This document shows, in pieces, positions 1 through 10,877 of a stretch of DNA of 36,490 nucleotides. Every line of letters starts with the position of its first letter. The stretch's first letter is position 1. Under the pieces are notes generated by a model that was given only the letters and a program-made list of their open reading frames with translations, searched no databases and was not told the origin of the DNA. Source of the DNA: an uncultured Hyphomicrobiaceae bacterium (GTDB lineage: Bacteria > Pseudomonadota > Alphaproteobacteria > Rhizobiales > Rhodomicrobiaceae); assembly GCA_964450925.1 (NCBI GenBank), contig CAYVFK010000002.1, positions 6,445-42,934 on the forward strand, in the 5' to 3' direction. Both the position numbers and the translations under genes were made by a program.

Positions 1-743
1 AATGCGCGGGTATCGGGATCATTGCTTTTCGGTTTGCCACCACCAGCAGACTCGGTGCGCCTGTGAGACAGCGCCTCGACGTCGCGGACGCTCAGACCCT
101 TTTCCACGATCATCCTTGCGACCTGCTCAGCATCCTCCCGGCCGATCAGCGCCCGCGCATGACCCGGGCTCAGTTCGCCACTGCGGACCAGCTTCTGAAC
201 GCCCTCAGGGAGCTTCAGCAGCCGCAGCATGTTGGAAAGATGGCTGCGGCTCTTTCCAATGATCTGGGACAGCTCATCCTGGGTGTAACCGAAACGCCCA
301 ATAAGCTCCTGATATCCTCCAGCCTCTTCGATCGCATTAAGGTCCGTGCGCTGAACATTCTCAATGATTGCGAGTTCGAGCGCCTCCTGATCGCTAAGCG
401 AGCGAATGACCGTGGGCAATCTGTGCAGCCCGGCCATTTGCGCCGCGCGCCAGCGGCGTTCGCCCGCGACGATCTCATAGTGAATTCCATCCTCCATCGG
501 ACGGACAACGAGAGGCTGAACCAATCCCTTTTCACGAATTGAGTTCGCCAGCTCCTCCAACTCACCGGGCGAAAAGCTTTGGCGCGGGTTCAATGGACCT
601 GGCTTGATCTTGTCGATCGGCAGAGCGATTTGGTCGCCTTCTGCAGGGCCCGCCCGCCCGCGCGAAGGTGCCGGGTCGCCGACGAGCGAAGCCAGCCCAC
701 GCCCAAGCCGATTACGATTTGCAGCCGATGCCTGTTCCGACAT
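1..743 (-). CDS. parB: Chromosome partitioning protein ParB (3' end runs off the window)
   Basis: Not in the ORF track. My minus-strand translation from ATG 743 gives MSEQASAANRNRLGRGLASLVG...NPRQSF...GLVQPLVVRP...YEIVAGERRWRAAQ...IIENVQRTDLNAIEEA, with the LGRGL ParA-binding peptide and the GERRWRA box. Lies downstream of parA. Confidence 0.97.
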   Translation of the reverse strand, partial: MSEQASAANRNRLGRGLASLVGDPAPSRGRAGPAEGDQIALPIDKIKPGPLNPRQSFSPGELEELANSIREKGLVQPLVVRPMEDGIHYEIVAGERRWRAAQMAGLHRLPTVIRSLSDQEALELAIIENVQRTDLNAIEEAGGYQELIGRFGYTQDELSQIIGKSRSHLSNMLRLLKLPEGVQKLVRSGELSPGHARALIGREDAEQVARMIVEKGLSVRDVEALSHRRTESAGGGKPKSNDPDTRA

Positions 744-814
744 GCGTCTCTCCACGTTGCGCAATGACGCGGGACGACCTGCGCTGACTGAAACCGTCGC
801 CCGCAGCGCGCTCG

Positions 815-1645
815 CTACGCCGCCGAGGCGCTTTGTTGACGGTCTATGATTTCGGCCGCCAGCTGGATATACGCTTTGCTGCCGGCGCTCTTCTGGTCAT
901 ACAAAAGTATAGGCTTGCCATGGGACGGCGCCTCGGCCACGCGCACATTACGCGGGATCACAGTGTCGTAGACTTTTTCACCGAAGAAGTTTCGCACCTC
1001 GGTTGCGACCTCATCCGCCAGCTTGGTCCGCGGATCATGCATGGTCAGCACAACACCATGGATCTCCAACGACGGGTTGAGGCTCGAACGTACAAAGTCG
1101 ATCGTCCCCTTGAGCTGCGAGATCCCCTCAAGCGCGAAAAACTCGCATTGAACAGGTACCAACACAGAGTCGGACGCAGCCATCGCGTTGATCGTGAGAA
1201 TGTTCAACGATGGCGGACAGTCTATCAGGATATAACGGATTTGCGGGCCGCTCCCGCGCTCCTCCTGCGACGCCTTGAGAGACATGATCGCGTCGCGGAG
1301 AAAATAAGCACGATTCGGCGCAGATGAGATCTCAGGCTCAAGACCGGCCAGATCGCGTGTCGAGGGCGCGAGATACAGGTTAGGAATATTCGTCTCGACC
1401 ATCGCTTGTTCAAGCGCCGCGGCACCGGCGAGGACGTCATAGGTCGAGACATTCCGCTCAGGTTCTGGAAGCCCCAGTCCCGTGCTAGCATTGCCCTGCG
1501 CATCCAGATCAATCACGAGCGTGGGCTGATCGATGGCCGCGAGCGCAGTCCCAAGATTGATGGCCGTTGTGGTCTTGCCAACGCCGCCCTTCTGATTGGC
1601 GACAGCGAGCACGTGGAAGTCGCTTCCCGAAGACCGCTTCTCCAT
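815..1645 (-). CDS. parA: Chromosome partitioning ATPase ParA/Soj
   Basis: Deviant Walker A ANQKGGVGKTTT, DLDAQGNAS, IDCPPSL, QCEFFALEG, IPRNVRVAEAPSHGKP. ATG 1645 overlaps the rsmG stop (TGATG). Confidence 0.97.
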   Translation of the reverse strand: MEKRSSGSDFHVLAVANQKGGVGKTTTAINLGTALAAIDQPTLVIDLDAQGNASTGLGLPEPERNVSTYDVLAGAAALEQAMVETNIPNLYLAPSTRDLAGLEPEISSAPNRAYFLRDAIMSLKASQEERGSGPQIRYILIDCPPSLNILTINAMAASDSVLVPVQCEFFALEGISQLKGTIDFVRSSLNPSLEIHGVVLTMHDPRTKLADEVATEVRNFFGEKVYDTVIPRNVRVAEAPSHGKPILLYDQKSAGSKAYIQLAAEIIDRQQSASAA

Positions 1646-2307
1646 CACATCCTACCTTCCAGCCGCTCCAAAGCCCCGATTTCCAGAATTTTCCCGTCCG
1701 GTTCTGTAACACTCGAGTGGACGCGCAAATCAAAAGCCCAAGCCTGGCGCGCTTCCTCGATCTCGTCGCCTGCGCGGCGGCCCTTCAGAAACAGGCCTTT
1801 CGTGCCGCGACTGAAACATGGCCAGGACAATTCCAGAAGCTTGGTGAGGCGCGCGACTCCCCTGGCCATGACAACATCAACGCCGCTCACTGTACCCCGA
1901 GCCATGATCTCTTCAACGCGGGCATTGTGAATTTCCACAGGCGTTCCAGTCTGGCGAACAACATCACGCAAAAAAGCGCATTTGCGCGCATTGCTCTCGA
2001 CCAGATGGACCCGGGTGTCCTTGTCGGCGGCGAGTATGGCTGCAACGAGTCCTGGAAAACCGGCACCCGATCCAAAGTCGAGGCAGGTGCTGCCCGGCGG
2101 GATCAGGGAAATAAGCTGAGCGCTGTCGGCAAAGTGCCGACGCCAGATCGAACTCAGGCTATCAGGCGCAACAAGATTGACCGCCCGCTGCCATTTGTGC
2201 AGGAGGCCAGCATAGGTCTCAAGCTTGTCGAGCTGGTCGGGCGTGGCGCCAAACTCAACCTGAAATGCGTCTCGCTCGCGCAGTTTTGCGTGGGCGGAAC
2301 TGGTCAT
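1645..2307 (-). CDS. rsmG: 16S rRNA m7G527 methyltransferase RsmG (GidB)
   Basis: NLV...[11 protein letters not shown] motif [26 protein letters not shown]. Sits between mnmG and parA. Confidence 0.96.
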   Translation of the reverse strand: MTSSAHAKLRERDAFQVEFGATPDQLDKLETYAGLLHKWQRAVNLVAPDSLSSIWRRHFADSAQLISLIPPGSTCLDFGSGAGFPGLVAAILAADKDTRVHLVESNARKCAFLRDVVRQTGTPVEIHNARVEEIMARGTVSGVDVVMARGVARLTKLLELSWPCFSRGTKGLFLKGRRAGDEIEEARQAWAFDLRVHSSVTEPDGKILEIGALERLEGRM

Positions 2308-4175
2308 GCCGAGCGCTTCTTTGGTGCCTTGCGCAAGTGGGCCAGCAGCAACATCAGGGCGGCGGGCGTCACGCCGTCAATTCGGGCTGCCTGAGCGAGT
2401 GTGGCCGGGCGATGCTGCTGGAGTTTCTGCCGAACCTCATTCGATAGCCCAACAATCAGGTCGAAATCGAAACCGCGCGGAATCGCGATTTGCTCATCCT
2501 TACGGAAGGCTGCGATGTCTGCCTCCTGACGCTGAACGTAAACGCTGTATCGCGCGTCGATCGACAGGCGTTGGGCGATGGTATCCGGGGTATGGCTCAG
2601 CTGCGGCCAGATTGCCGTGAGCCGCTCCCACGTGATTCCGGGGTAGGCAAGGAGTTCGAATGCTGTGCGCCGGCGGCCGTCCTGATTGAGGCTCAGGCCG
2701 TGCGCGGCGGCCGCGCGAGGGGTGAGGCTCAGGCCATCTAGCCGCGCGCGCGCGGATTCCAGCATATCCATGCGCTCGGCGAACATGCGCGATCGCGCCG
2801 CGCCAACACAGCCGATCGCTTCGCCAGCCGGGGTCAGACGCTCGTCGGCATTGTCGGCGCGCAGCCGCAGGCGGTACTCTGCGCGCGACGTGAACATGCG
2901 ATAAGGCTCGCTGACACCGCGCGTGGTGAGGTCGTCGATCATGACGCCAATATAAGCGTTGGCACGCGAAACGATAAATTCCCGGCCACCGCCGCTCGCG
3001 ACTAGCGCGGCGTTGATGCCAGCGACAATGCCCTGAGCTGCAGCTTCTTCATAGCCCGTCGTGCCGTTGATCTGTCCTGCCAGAAACAAGCACGCCATGC
3101 GCTTGACTTCGAGCGTCGGCAACAGCTCGCGCGGATCGATGTAGTCATATTCGATGGCATAGCCCGGTCGAATGATGCGCGCTCTTTCAAGGCCCGGGAT
3201 CGTTGCAACGAACGCGTGCTGGATGTCTTCTGGCAGAGATGTAGAGATTCCGTTCGGATAAACGGTCGTGTCATCCAGCCCTTCCGGCTCCAGGAAAATC
3301 TGATGGCTCGCGCGGTCGGCGAAGCGGACCACCTTATCCTCTACCGAGGGGCAGTAGCGCGGACCCACGCCGTCGATCTGACCTGAAAATATCGGCGCCT
3401 TTTCGAGATTGGCGCGGATGATCTCATGGGTCTGGGGGCGCGTCCCCGTGATATGACATGCGATTTGCGGCGTCGTGATCCGCGAAGTCAGAAACGAAAA
3501 CGGCTCCGGTGGATTATCGCCGACCTGCACTTCCAGGCCACTCCAATCAATGGTCGCGCCGTCAATGCGCGGCGGGGTACCCGTCTTCAGCCGGCCCATA
3601 CGCAGACCCATCGCATAGAAGCGCTCCGCGAGACCGATGGCCGGTGCATCGCCGATGCGTCCGCCTGGCGTCTGCTTCAAGCCGATATGGATAACACCCT
3701 TCAAGAAAGTCCCTGTGGTGATGATGATCGCACCGGCCATGAATCGCGCACCATCGCGTGTCACCACGCCGGCGGCACGGCCATCAGCGACGACCAGATC
3801 TTCGACCGGGCTCTCGACGATCGTCAGCCCCGCCGTGTTCGCCATTTCGGCCTGCATCGCGTTGCGATAGAGCTTGCGATCCGCCTGGGCGCGTGGCCCT
3901 TGAACGGCCGGCCCCTTGGAGCGGTTGAGGACCCGAAACTGAATGCCAGCCTGATCCGCCACCCGCGCCATGACGCCGTCCAGAGCATCGATCTCGCGGA
4001 CCAAATGCCCTTTACCCAAGCCGCCGATTGCCGGATTGCATGACATCTCACCGATCGCCGACGCTCGATGCGTAATGAGGGCGGTCGCCGCGCCCATCCG
4101 TGCGGCAGCGGCAGCGGCTTCGCAGCCCGCATGGCCACCGCCAACTACGATCACATCAAAGCGACGTTCGGTCAT
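2304..4175 (-). CDS. mnmG: tRNA U34 modification enzyme MnmG (GidA)
   Basis: [74 protein letters not shown]. Confidence 0.99.
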   Translation of the reverse strand: MTERRFDVIVVGGGHAGCEAAAAAARMGAATALITHRASAIGEMSCNPAIGGLGKGHLVREIDALDGVMARVADQAGIQFRVLNRSKGPAVQGPRAQADRKLYRNAMQAEMANTAGLTIVESPVEDLVVADGRAAGVVTRDGARFMAGAIIITTGTFLKGVIHIGLKQTPGGRIGDAPAIGLAERFYAMGLRMGRLKTGTPPRIDGATIDWSGLEVQVGDNPPEPFSFLTSRITTPQIACHITGTRPQTHEIIRANLEKAPIFSGQIDGVGPRYCPSVEDKVVRFADRASHQIFLEPEGLDDTTVYPNGISTSLPEDIQHAFVATIPGLERARIIRPGYAIEYDYIDPRELLPTLEVKRMACLFLAGQINGTTGYEEAAAQGIVAGINAALVASGGGREFIVSRANAYIGVMIDDLTTRGVSEPYRMFTSRAEYRLRLRADNADERLTPAGEAIGCVGAARSRMFAERMDMLESARARLDGLSLTPRAAAAHGLSLNQDGRRRTAFELLAYPGITWERLTAIWPQLSHTPDTIAQRLSIDARYSVYVQRQEADIAAFRKDEQIAIPRGFDFDLIVGLSNEVRQKLQQHRPATLAQAARIDGVTPAALMLLLAHLRKAPKKRSA

Positions 4176-4253
4176 CGTTCCGGCCTTCTCTGATAAGCAA
4201 ATTCCGCCAATTCAACGCGAAAATAGTGCAGGCCGCGCACCGCGTCAAAGCCA

Positions 4254-4269
4254 CGTTTCACGTGAAACC
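4254..4269. promoter_or_regulatory. parS centromere-like site
   Basis: Perfect palindrome GTTTCACGTGAAAC at 4255-4268, the core of the consensus TGTTTCACGTGAAACA. It abuts the mnmE stop, upstream of mnmG-rsmG-parAB. Confidence 0.93.
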
Positions 4270-5598
4270 TCATTTCCCGATGCAGAACTGGGCGAAGATC
4301 TGATCGAGAACATCCTCGACATCGATATGGCCAGTCAGACGACCGATACAAACGGCGGCGCGGCGCAGGTCCTCGCACCGCAACTCCAGCTCCTTCGGTG
4401 GTCCGTTAAGAAAAGCGCGCAAAGCGCACAGCGTTTCCTCCAGCTCACGCCGATGCCGTTCGCGGGTCAGCGGCGCATCCCCCTCAGTGTCAAGGCGCCG
4501 AGCGGCCTCATCGCCAAGCCAGGTCACGAGATCGCCAATCCCTTCTTGCGTGTGCACCGAGATGAATAAGCCTGCGTCAATGGGAAAAGCGTCGCGCGAG
4601 GTCAAAAGCTCCGATTTATTCACCACAACGATCAGTTTCTCTGGCGCAAGCTCGGCGGGCGGACCCACCGGCTCCGGCTGTGCACCATCGACGAGCCAGA
4701 CGACGATCTGGGCGTCCGCTGCACTCGCTAAGGCCCGGCGCACGCCCTCTGCCTCGACCTCCTCGTCGGTCTCGCGCAGACCTGCGGTGTCGGAGACGAT
4801 CACCGGAAAGCCGTTCAGGTCGAGCCGCACCTCAACCACGTCACGGGTTGTCCCAGGTTTGTCAGATACAATCGCGGCCTCCCGGCGGGCAAGCGCGTTC
4901 AACAGGCTCGACTTTCCCGCATTCACTGGCCCCGTGATGGCAACACGCAGGCCATCACGTAAGATTTCGCCGCGATGGCTGTCGTACAGATGCGTACAAA
5001 TATTTCTCTCCAGTTCAGCGATCTGCACGAGCGCAGCGCGGTTGCCGAAGCCAACCACATCTGCCTCGTCACTGAAATCGAGATCAGCCTCGATCTCTGC
5101 CAGACCAAGGATAATCTGTTGCCGCCAGCCCTCGTAAAGCTTGGCCAGCGCACCGTCCGACTGCCGCAACGCCTGTAGCCGCTGTGCCTCGGTCTCCGCG
5201 TCGATCAGATCGGCGAGACCCTCGACGGCGGTCAGGTCAAGCTTGCCGTGTTCGAACGCACGACGAGCAAATTCTCCCGCCTCGGCCGGGCGCAGCCCTG
5301 GCACCTCTGCAAGCGCTGATAGCGTGGCCTGGATGACCGCGCGGCTGCCATGAACATGAAGCTCAGCGACATCGTCCCCCGTGAAGCTCCTGGGCGCCGG
5401 AAACCACAAGACGATCGCATGGTCGAGCACGGCCCCGGATTTTGGATGGCGCAGTTCTCGCAAGCTGGCCACGCGCGCTTGAGGCAAAGCGCCGGCAAGT
5501 GCGCACAATGCCGGTTCAGCCGCCGGTCCCGACACGCGGATCACAGCAACCCCAGCGCGGCCCGGCGCGCTGGATAGCGAATAGATCGTTGTTTGCAT
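4270..5598 (-). CDS. mnmE: tRNA modification GTPase MnmE (TrmE)
   Basis: [27 protein letters not shown] (G1), PGTTRD (G2), DTAGLR (G3), NKSE (G4 variant), C-terminal FCIGK. Confidence 0.99.
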   Translation of the reverse strand: MQTTIYSLSSAPGRAGVAVIRVSGPAAEPALCALAGALPQARVASLRELRHPKSGAVLDHAIVLWFPAPRSFTGDDVAELHVHGSRAVIQATLSALAEVPGLRPAEAGEFARRAFEHGKLDLTAVEGLADLIDAETEAQRLQALRQSDGALAKLYEGWRQQIILGLAEIEADLDFSDEADVVGFGNRAALVQIAELERNICTHLYDSHRGEILRDGLRVAITGPVNAGKSSLLNALARREAAIVSDKPGTTRDVVEVRLDLNGFPVIVSDTAGLRETDEEVEAEGVRRALASAADAQIVVWLVDGAQPEPVGPPAELAPEKLIVVVNKSELLTSRDAFPIDAGLFISVHTQEGIGDLVTWLGDEAARRLDTEGDAPLTRERHRRELEETLCALRAFLNGPPKELELRCEDLRRAAVCIGRLTGHIDVEDVLDQIFAQFCIGK

Positions 5599-5696
5599 AT
5601 TTAAGACCTGTATCGCACGATGAGCTGAATACCAGCGGCTCTGCTGGTCATGACCCTAACAAACGTTCAGCCCACATTAGACAGCGGAAATCAGAA

Positions 5697-7772
5697 ATGG
5701 ATAAGCGCAAGACTTTTGACAATCCCGAGCAAAATCACCTCGCACAAGAAACTAGCCCTTACCTGCTGCAGCACAAGGAAAACCCGGTTCACTGGTGGCC
5801 CTGGGGTGCCGAAGCCTTTCAGTACGCGCAGCAGACCGGAAAGCCCGTGCTGCTCTCGGTCGGCTATGCCGCTTGCCACTGGTGCCACGTCATGGCGCAT
5901 GAGAGCTTCGAGGACAAGTCGACCGCGCAAGTGATGAACGAGTTATTCGTCAACATCAAGGTTGACCGGGAGGAGCGACCGGATGTGGATACGCTTTACA
6001 TGCGCGCACTCCAGAGCCTTGAAGGGCACGGCGGCTGGCCACTGACGATGTTCCTCACCTCCGAAGGCGAGCCGTTCTGGGGCGGCACTTACTTCCCAAA
6101 TACATCCAAATATGGACGGCCGGGATTCACCGACGTGCTGAAGGAGGTTGCGCGGATCTACCACGAGGAATCCGATAAGGTTTCGCACAACGCTACACTT
6201 CTCCGGGAGGCGTTGGAACCTCGACGCGCCGAACGCGGCATGACGCAAGTGTCCATGGAGACCATTCGGGACATCTCGGGCAGGATCGCCGGAGTGATCG
6301 ATCCAGTGAATGGTGGGCTGCAAGGCGCGCCGAAGTTCCCCAATACATCGATCTTCGCATTGCTCTGGCGTGCAGGCTTGCGCTTCGACATCGAAATTTG
6401 TCGCCGCGCCATCAATCTCACGCTGACACGGATGTGCCAAGGCGGCATTTATGATCATATCGGAGGAGGCTTTGCGCGCTACACGGTCGACGAGCGTTGG
6501 CTGATCCCGCATTTTGAGAAGATGCTGTATGACAACGCCCAGATTCTCGACCTACTTACGGAGGTGTGGAAGGAGACCCGCGACCCGCTCTACGCCGAGT
6601 GTGCCGGCGAAACTGTGGGCTGGCTGGAACGGGAAATGATCGCGCCAGAAGGCGGCTTCGCGTCATCCCTCGATGCCGACTCCGAGGGAGAGGAGGGTAA
6701 GTTCTATGTCTGGGACTATACGGAAATCGTCAACGTACTCGGCGCAGACGACGCCGCGTTTTTCGCCCAAATCTATGATGTGACCCCAGAAGGAAACTGG
6801 GAGGGCAAGAATATCCTCAACCGTCTCCATCGCCCAGAGCGGCTGTCGGACGCCGAGGAGATGCAACTTGCCGAGATGCGTTGCCAGCTGTTTGCTTCAC
6901 GTGAAACGCGTGTGCGCCCCGGCTGGGATGACAAGGTGCTGGCTGATTGGAATGGATTGATGATCGGCGCGCTGGTCCGAGCGGGCGAAGCCTTCGAACG
7001 ACCAGCCTGGGTCACGGTCGCGCGCGCCGCTTATGAATTTGTCAAATCACGGATGAGCGTGGGCGACCGCCTGCGCCACAGCTATCGTGCCGGCCAGACT
7101 TCCGCGCCTGCCATCGCCACCGACTATGCAAACATGATCTCAGCCGCCCTCGCATTGTTTTCGCATACGGGCGAAGAGGTTTTCCTCGGTGACGCATTGT
7201 CTTGGGCAAACGTGCTCGACCGTCATTATTGGTCGGACGAATACGACGGCTACTTTCTCTCGGCAGACGATACAGACGACATCATCATTCGCACGCTAAA
7301 TGCGCACGATGACTCCACACCAAACGCAAACCCGGTCATGGCAACCAACTTCATGACGCTATTCCTGCTCACGGGTGATCGCCGGTTTGAAGAGCGGGCG
7401 CACAAGATTGAGCACGCATTCCGAGACGAAATCGCTCAGAACCCGGCTGCGCATGCTGGCTTCGTCGACGCGATCATGACCCTGACCGAGCCGCAGCATG
7501 CGGTGCTCATTGCACGGAACGACCGGAGTGAAGCAGACCCGTTGCGAAAAGCAGTGACCGCGATGTCATTGCCCGGCATGGTCGTGCAAACCGTTGTAGA
7601 GGCTGAATCGGCTTCAGGAAATCCGGCATTGGAGGGCAAGGCGACAATGGATGGACAGCCGACGGCTTACGTCTGCGTGGGTCCACAATGTTCGCTGCCC
7701 GTGGTGTCAGAAGATGCACTGCGCGGCGTGCTTCGAGGCGCACGCGCGGGACAGATGAGTCCGCAGTCCTGA
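5697..7772 (+). CDS. YyaL/Spata20-like thioredoxin-domain protein with (alpha/alpha)6 barrel
   Basis: [66 protein letters not shown]...[33 protein letters not shown]. Start moved to ATG 5697 because the ORF-track start overlaps mnmE. Confidence 0.93.
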   Translation: MDKRKTFDNPEQNHLAQETSPYLLQHKENPVHWWPWGAEAFQYAQQTGKPVLLSVGYAACHWCHVMAHESFEDKSTAQVMNELFVNIKVDREERPDVDTLYMRALQSLEGHGGWPLTMFLTSEGEPFWGGTYFPNTSKYGRPGFTDVLKEVARIYHEESDKVSHNATLLREALEPRRAERGMTQVSMETIRDISGRIAGVIDPVNGGLQGAPKFPNTSIFALLWRAGLRFDIEICRRAINLTLTRMCQGGIYDHIGGGFARYTVDERWLIPHFEKMLYDNAQILDLLTEVWKETRDPLYAECAGETVGWLEREMIAPEGGFASSLDADSEGEEGKFYVWDYTEIVNVLGADDAAFFAQIYDVTPEGNWEGKNILNRLHRPERLSDAEEMQLAEMRCQLFASRETRVRPGWDDKVLADWNGLMIGALVRAGEAFERPAWVTVARAAYEFVKSRMSVGDRLRHSYRAGQTSAPAIATDYANMISAALALFSHTGEEVFLGDALSWANVLDRHYWSDEYDGYFLSADDTDDIIIRTLNAHDDSTPNANPVMATNFMTLFLLTGDRRFEERAHKIEHAFRDEIAQNPAAHAGFVDAIMTLTEPQHAVLIARNDRSEADPLRKAVTAMSLPGMVVQTVVEAESASGNPALEGKATMDGQPTAYVCVGPQCSLPVVSEDALRGVLRGARAGQMSPQS
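6893..6908. promoter_or_regulatory. Secondary parS-like site inside the YyaL-like gene
   Basis: TGCTTCACGTGAAACG matches 14 of 16 consensus positions and 13 of 14 in the core. It is 2.6 kb from the main site. Confidence 0.55.
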
Positions 7773-7776
7773 GCAA

Positions 7777-9042
7777 TCAGGTGTTCATCGAGTCGAAGAA
7801 GTCGTCGTTGGTCTTGGTCTGACGCAGCTTGTCGAGAAGGAACTCGATCGACTCCATCGTACCCATCGGGTTCAAAATGCGGCGCAAGACGAACATCTTC
7901 TTCAGCCGCGCCTCGGGTACAAGCAACTCCTCCTTGCGCGTACCAGAGCGCGCAATGTCGATGGAAGGGAACACGCGCTTGTCCGCGACCTTGCGGTCCA
8001 GGACAATTTCCGAGTTACCCGTGCCCTTGAACTCTTCGAAAATCACCTCGTCCATGCGGCTGCCAGTATCGATCAGCGCGGTGGCGATGATGGTCAGCGA
8101 CCCGCCCTCTTCAATATTCCGCGCTGCGCCAAAGAACCGCTTCGGTCGCTGGAGTGCGTTGGCGTCCACACCGCCGGTCAAAACCTTGCCCGAAGATGGC
8201 ACCACCGTATTGTAAGCTCGACCCAACCGCGTGATCGAGTCGAGCAGAATGACAACATCCCGCTTGTGCTCTACCAGCCGCTTGGCCTTCTCAATCACCA
8301 TCTCGGCGACCTGCACATGGCGCGCGGCCGGCTCGTCAAAAGTCGAACTGATAACTTCACCGTCCACTGAGCGCTCCATATCCGTCACTTCTTCTGGCCG
8401 CTCGTCAATCAGCAGGACAATCAGGTAGCACTCCGGCCGGTTCGATGTGATCGAGTGGGCAATATTTTGCAGCAACACGGTCTTACCCGTGCGCGGCGGC
8501 GCAACGATCAACCCGCGCTGCCCCTTGCCGAGCGGCGCAACGATATCGATCACACGCGCGCTCAGATTCTTGCGCTCATCTTTCTCAACCTCCATCCGCA
8601 GCCACTCTTCGGGATAGAGCGGCGTGAGGTTGTCGAAATGGATCTTGTGCCGGCTCTTCTCGGGCTCCTGAAAGTTGATGTTATTCACCTTCAGTAGCGC
8701 GAAATAGCGCTCGCCGTCCTTGGGGCTGCGGATCTGCCCCTCGACTGTGTCTCCAGTGCGCAGGCCAAAGCGGCGAATCTGGCTCGGGCTCACATAGATA
8801 TCGTCCGGCCCGGGTAGATAGTTCGCGTCCGGCGACCGCAGAAAGCCGAAACCGTCCTGCAGCACCTCCACGACACCGGTCCCGGTGATGTCGATATCGC
8901 GCGTCGCCAGCTGCTTCAGGATAGCGAACATCAACTCCTGTTTGCGCATCGCGCTGGCGTTCTCGACACTGACCTCCTCGGCGAAGCTCAACAGCTCCGC
9001 CGGCGTTTTCATCTTGAGGTCTTGTAGCTTCATTTCCTGCAC
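7777..9042 (-). CDS. rho: Transcription termination factor Rho
   Basis: [60 protein letters not shown]. Probable GTG start at 9042 ([10 protein letters not shown]) with a GGAG RBS at 9051-9054. Confidence 0.98.
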   Translation of the reverse strand: MQEMKLQDLKMKTPAELLSFAEEVSVENASAMRKQELMFAILKQLATRDIDITGTGVVEVLQDGFGFLRSPDANYLPGPDDIYVSPSQIRRFGLRTGDTVEGQIRSPKDGERYFALLKVNNINFQEPEKSRHKIHFDNLTPLYPEEWLRMEVEKDERKNLSARVIDIVAPLGKGQRGLIVAPPRTGKTVLLQNIAHSITSNRPECYLIVLLIDERPEEVTDMERSVDGEVISSTFDEPAARHVQVAEMVIEKAKRLVEHKRDVVILLDSITRLGRAYNTVVPSSGKVLTGGVDANALQRPKRFFGAARNIEEGGSLTIIATALIDTGSRMDEVIFEEFKGTGNSEIVLDRKVADKRVFPSIDIARSGTRKEELLVPEARLKKMFVLRRILNPMGTMESIEFLLDKLRQTKTNDDFFDSMNT

Positions 9043-9223
9043 GGATATGGCTCCTGGAAAATGAGTGCCGCCTTGTTGGGGCGCGCCCGCGCTGGAACAT
9101 GTCAGTAGAGCGGAGTCGCGAGGGGGCATTGGAATGCAAAGACGTGGATGGGAAACACCCAGAGCAGCATCTTCCGACTGGGGTATTTCAGGTGAGCAGC
9201 GCGTTTCGGTCTGCTCGAGACTG

Positions 9224-9252
9224 GCTATAGTTTGAGACGATACCAGACTTAA
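9224..9252 (-). promoter_or_regulatory. Putative sigma70-type promoter of rho
   Basis: Minus strand TTAAGT-N17-TATAGC, which would give a leader of about 175 nt. Confidence 0.4.
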
Positions 9253-9360
9253 TTGGACGCGCCAAGCCAGTATTGGCTTGTTCGTGACCAATTCGCAACG
9301 AACACGCCAGACCACCGGAACGTGTCCACAATATCTTGGGTGTCGCCGCGCGGCTACAAG

Positions 9361-9822
9361 CTAGCTGCTCGCCAGAAACGGACGCGCCACCGCGAGAATG
9401 ACGACCGTCACCATAATCACCGTCGGCACTTCGTTCATCCAGCGATAGAATTTCGCGGAGTGCGGGTTTTGATCCTGAGCGAATAGCCGACGCCAGCGCG
9501 CCAAGAACATGTGGTATCCAGTCAAGACAATCACGAGCAAAAACTTAATATGGAACCATATATCTACCGACCAATTTATGACACCGTAATAAAAGATCAG
9601 CAAAAGCCCGAAAACCCAACTAGCAATCATAGCTGGATTCATTATATACCTGAGCAGACGTATCTCCATTAATTTAAATGTCTCCGATTCATTAGATCCA
9701 ACATTTGCATAGCTGTGATAAACAAAAAGCCGTGGCAAGTATAAAAGTCCGGCCATCCAGGCGATGATTGAAATAATATGAAATGCCTTGACGTAGAGGT
9801 ACAATCCTTCCATCGCATCCAT
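9361..9822 (-). CDS. hemJ: Protoporphyrinogen oxidase HemJ
   Basis: KAFHIISIIAWMAGLLYLPRLFVYH, TFKLMEIRL...IMNPAM, WFHIK, YRWMNEVPT. Located in the hemE-hemJ-rho order. Confidence 0.95.
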   Translation of the reverse strand: MDAMEGLYLYVKAFHIISIIAWMAGLLYLPRLFVYHSYANVGSNESETFKLMEIRLLRYIMNPAMIASWVFGLLLIFYYGVINWSVDIWFHIKFLLVIVLTGYHMFLARWRRLFAQDQNPHSAKFYRWMNEVPTVIMVTVVILAVARPFLASS

Positions 9823-9824
9823 TC

Positions 9825-10877
9825 CTAAAAACTATTGCGGATTGTCTTAACGAGCGTTTCGACGTGCTCGGTCGGGGTTTGCGGCACAATCCCATGACCA
9901 AGATTGAAGATATGTGGACCGCCTGACAGCGTATCCCGAATTTCGCGGGCGCGCCGCTCCAGTTCCTGCCCCCCCGCAACAAGAAGCAACGGGTCCAGGT
10001 TACCTTGAACGACGGCCTGAGGTTGCAGATTCGCTTTAATCCATTCAAGTGAAAGCGCGGTGTCGCAGCCAAGCGCATTAACGCCGGTTGCGCGCAGGAA
10101 ATCGATATACATCGGGCCACTAGCGCGCGGAAAGCCAATGATCGGTATATCCGGATGCAGGCCACGCAGCGCGTTAACGAGCTTCTGCGTCGGCGCGATT
10201 ACCCAGCGACGCAACTCGCTGTCGGGAAGTGTCCCGGCCCAGCTCTCGAAAATCTGGACCGCCTGGGCGCCGGCCTTGATCTGGCCGCTGAGATAAACGA
10301 CCGACGCTTCGACCACCATATCGATAAGCCGAGCGAAGCCTTCCGGGTCTCGATAGGCCCACATCCGCGCGGGCGCTTGGTCCGACGTGCTTTGCCCGGC
10401 AACCATATAAGTCGCCACCGTCCAAGGGCCACCGCAAAATCCGATCAGCGCCGTGTCATGATCGAGCGCCGCTGAGACACGCGATACGGTCTCGTAGATT
10501 GGTGCAACGGTTTCGTTGACATGGTGCATGGATAGACGCGAAAGCTCAGCCTCGCGCGTGATCGGCTCAAGCTGAGGACCCTTGCCCTCTTCGAACCAGA
10601 CCTTCTGGCCGAGCGCGTGCGCCACGATCAAGATGTCCGAAAACAGGATGGCTGCGTCAAATCCGTATCGCTCGATCGGCTGCAGCGTCACGCGTGCTGC
10701 GAGTTCGGGCGTGTAGCACAGATCGAGAAATCCGCCGGCTTGCGCGCGCACTTCGCGATATTCTGGCAGGTAGCGCCCAGCTTGTCGCATCAGCCAGACT
10801 GGCGGCGGAGACACTGCTTTGCCGGAGAGCGCCTGGAGAAACCGGCCGGGTTGAGATGCCGTGCTTTCATCGGACAT
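9825..10877 (-). CDS. hemE: Uroporphyrinogen decarboxylase
   Basis: PVWLMRQAGRYLPEY, DAAILFSDIL, LIGFCGGPWTVATY, QGNLDP, HIFNLGHGI. Confidence 0.98.
   Translation of the reverse strand: MSDESTASQPGRFLQALSGKAVSPPPVWLMRQAGRYLPEYREVRAQAGGFLDLCYTPELAARVTLQPIERYGFDAAILFSDILIVAHALGQKVWFEEGKGPQLEPITREAELSRLSMHHVNETVAPIYETVSRVSAALDHDTALIGFCGGPWTVATYMVAGQSTSDQAPARMWAYRDPEGFARLIDMVVEASVVYLSGQIKAGAQAVQIFESWAGTLPDSELRRWVIAPTQKLVNALRGLHPDIPIIGFPRASGPMYIDFLRATGVNALGCDTALSLEWIKANLQPQAVVQGNLDPLLLVAGGQELERRAREIRDTLSGGPHIFNLGHGIVPQTPTEHVETLVKTIRNSF

Noticed and set aside
5442-5696. N-terminal extension of the YyaL-like ORF
   Set aside because: It overlaps the divergent mnmE, and family similarity begins after ATG 5697.
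9043-9315. 91-aa in-frame N-terminal extension of Rho
   Set aside because: The RBS and conserved N-terminus point to GTG 9042. The extension spans the putative promoter and leader and does not look like protein.
9670-9744. bldA-like control of hemJ by the nearby tRNA-Leu(TAA)
   Set aside because: There are only two TTA codons, and the AT bias affects many codon families, so it is not TTA-specific.
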